Origin: an uncultured Candidatus Saccharibacteria bacterium
GTDB lineage: Bacteria > Patescibacteriota > Saccharimonadia > Saccharimonadales > Saccharimonadaceae
Assembly (NCBI GenBank): GCA_963456685.1
Contig: CAUOPB010000001.1
Location: 57,511-121,510 of the forward strand
Reading direction: 5' to 3'
Length of the DNA stretch: 64,000 nt
The notes beneath the pieces were generated by a model. The model was given only the letters and a program-made list of their open reading frames with translations, did not search any database and had not been told where the DNA came from. The position numbers and the translations under genes are program-made. This document shows positions 61,990 through 64,000 of the stretch, one piece after another; position 1 is the stretch's first letter; the number at the start of each line of letters is the position of its first letter.

Positions 61990-63107
61990 TGAAGCGTCCG
62001 CGCATTGCAATTGTTTGCGACTTCTTGACAACGATGGGCGGTGCCGAGAATGTCGTGCTGGCCATGCACGAAGCTTTCCCTGACGCGCCAATTTACACGG
62101 CAATATATAATCCCGACAAGGTTCCGGCTTTTGCTAAACTTGATATTCGCACCTCGAAATTACAAAAATTACCGCAGCGGCTGCGCAATTATCACAAACT
62201 TTTTCCGACGCTAGCGGTTAAAGTAATGCGCCAGCTCGATCTTAGCGAATTTGACATTATTTTGACTAGTTCGTACCTGCACGGCCACCAAGTTACTAAA
62301 GCACGACCCAGCCAAGTTATTATCAATTATTGCCATACGCCGCCGCGCTACTACTGGAGCCACTACGAAGAATACCGCCACGACCCTGGATACGGCAAAC
62401 TTAATCCGTTTATTCGCCTGCTGATGCCGCTGCTGGTACCGCATCAGCGCCAGCTTGACCTGGAGGCGGCTAAGCAAGTTGATGTCTTCATCGCCAACTC
62501 TACCGAGACGCAAAAACGCATCAAAAAATATTACGGCCGCAGCAGTACCGTAATTCATCCGCCAGTCGAAACTAGCCGTTTTACACCTACTCGCAAACGA
62601 GGCGACCACTACGTGACTATCGGCCGCCAGTTACCTTATAAGCGCTACGATTTAGCTGTTAAAGCCGCTACCAAACTCAACAAAAAGCTAATCGTTTTCG
62701 GTAACGGGCCAGCTCACAGCCAGCTAGTCAAGTTTGCTGGCCCGACTGTTGAATTCCGCACCGATCGCTTCGGCGATGCCAGCGACGATGAATACGAAAG
62801 AGCTATCACCACTGCGCGCGGTTTCATCTATCCTGCCGAGGAAGATTTTGGCATTGTTAGCGTTGAAGCATTGGCAGCCGGCGCGCCGGTTATCGGTCTG
62901 GCACGCGGCGGCACCACTGATATAGTTACTTCGCCCGATATTGGCACGCTGTTTCACCACCAAACCGTTGACGATGTTGTAAAAGCCGTCGAAATCGCCG
63001 AACAAACTAGTTTTCATCCTAGCAAACTCGTCCGCACCGCTAAACGCTTCGATAAGGGACTTTTCCTGACTAAAATTAAAAAGGTTGTTCGCGATAGCAT
63101 TTCTTAA
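61989..63107 (+). CDS. GT4-family glycosyltransferase
   Basis: GGAENV, YCHTPPRY, IANS, EDFGIVSVEALAAGAPV; ATG overlaps the preceding stop. Confidence 0.9.
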   Translation: MKRPRIAIVCDFLTTMGGAENVVLAMHEAFPDAPIYTAIYNPDKVPAFAKLDIRTSKLQKLPQRLRNYHKLFPTLAVKVMRQLDLSEFDIILTSSYLHGHQVTKARPSQVIINYCHTPPRYYWSHYEEYRHDPGYGKLNPFIRLLMPLLVPHQRQLDLEAAKQVDVFIANSTETQKRIKKYYGRSSTVIHPPVETSRFTPTRKRGDHYVTIGRQLPYKRYDLAVKAATKLNKKLIVFGNGPAHSQLVKFAGPTVEFRTDRFGDASDDEYERAITTARGFIYPAEEDFGIVSVEALAAGAPVIGLARGGTTDIVTSPDIGTLFHHQTVDDVVKAVEIAEQTSFHPSKLVRTAKRFDKGLFLTKIKKVVRDSIS

Positions 63108-63138
63108 TTAACTATTTGTTTTCGAGTATAATAAAACT

Positions 63139-64000
63139 ATGAAAACAACTTTAGTCACTGGCGGTGCTGGCTATATTGGCAGCCATACGCTAATCGAACT
63201 TATCAACAACAATTTTGACGTAGTGGTCGTCGATAATTTGGTTAATTCTAGCCGCGAGAGTTTACGGCGCGTCGAGCAAATAACCGGGCACGAAATCCCT
63301 TTTATTGAAGCGGACGTCCGCGACCAATCAGCACTTGATGATGTTTTTACAACATACGATATAGATTCAGTGATTCATTTTGCGGGACTAAAGGCTGTCG
63401 GTGAATCAGTCGCCAAACCGCTAGAATATTACGATAATAACCTCGTCTCGACTCTAGCGCTGCTTGAAGCGATGCGAGAACATAGCGTTAAGCAATTGGT
63501 CTTTTCCAGCTCAGCAACTGTTTACGGTAACCCTAGTGAGCTGCCGCTGCGCGAAACTTCGACAGTCGGCGTAGGCTTAACCAATCCTTATGGCAAGACT
63601 AAATACATGATTGAGCAAATCATACAAGACTACTGCGCGGCCGATCCAGCTTTTGAAGCAACAATCTTGCGTTATTTCAACCCAATCGGCGCTCATCAAT
63701 CAGGCCAAATCGGCGAAGATCCAAACGGTATTCCAAACAATTTATTACCTTACGTCGCTCAAGTTGCCGTCGGTAAACTACAAAGTGTCGGCGTTTTCGG
63801 CAACGATTATGACACGCCAGACGGCACGGGTGTGCGCGATTATATTCACGTCGTAGACTTGGCGCGCGGCCACGTCGCTGCTCTGCAGCATATGAAAGCC
63901 GGGGCTAATGTCTATAATCTCGGCACCGGAAGCGGCACATCGGTGTTAGAAATCATCAAAGCGTTTAGCAAAGCTTGCGGGCGAGATTTGCCCTACGAAA
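63139..64000 (+). CDS. galE: UDP-glucose 4-epimerase (3' end runs off the window)
   Basis: VTGGAGYIGSHT, HFAGLKAVGES, FSSSATVYG, PYGKTK, LRYFNP, GEDPNGIPNNL, VRDYIHV. Confidence 0.96.
   Translation, partial: MKTTLVTGGAGYIGSHTLIELINNNFDVVVVDNLVNSSRESLRRVEQITGHEIPFIEADVRDQSALDDVFTTYDIDSVIHFAGLKAVGESVAKPLEYYDNNLVSTLALLEAMREHSVKQLVFSSSATVYGNPSELPLRETSTVGVGLTNPYGKTKYMIEQIIQDYCAADPAFEATILRYFNPIGAHQSGQIGEDPNGIPNNLLPYVAQVAVGKLQSVGVFGNDYDTPDGTGVRDYIHVVDLARGHVAALQHMKAGANVYNLGTGSGTSVLEIIKAFSKACGRDLPYE

Noticed and set aside
18..63856. Numerous short antisense or alternate-frame ORFs in the track
   Set aside because: They overlap well-supported genes and show no motifs; treated as shadow ORFs.
1..64000. 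CRISPR array, rRNA, IS transposase, phage structural genes
   Set aside because: No regularly spaced repeats or diagnostic motifs found by eye.

Overview
Bacterial chromosome segment. Gene content and the short-leader promoter architecture suggest a CPR/Saccharibacteria (TM7)-like organism, but this is inference only. Left part (1-20.2 kb): HlyB/HlyD type I secretion pair, polar amino-acid ABC transporter, PadR-regulated ABC exporter, orphan DpnI-like nuclease, thiol-redox genes, ABC-2 transporter, two adjacent genes each broken by an in-frame TAG, and a polysaccharide deacetylase. About 20.2-37.7 kb: a defence island (RadC, SNF2 helicase, DUF3800 plus partner, Gabija-like OLD nuclease/UvrD pair, frameshifted type III mod, second DUF3800, type III res). 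About 37.7-46.6 kb: class III ribonucleotide reductase operon with NrdR boxes, and a class F sortase with its likely substrate. About 46.77-56.78 kb: a ~10 kb element integrated at tRNA-Asn (large serine recombinase, Rep-like protein, SpoVG, second type III R-M). Right end: cell-envelope and polysaccharide genes. Highlights: (1) each DUF3800 cassette is faced by its own sigma70 promoter and a small structured RNA, a candidate RNA-protein defence module; (2) the recombinase crossover lies inside its own gene, so integration and excision would swap its C-terminus; (3) a stranded alternative 3' end of the SNF2 gene records cassette insertion in the island. All calls come from reading motifs by eye; no database searches were run.
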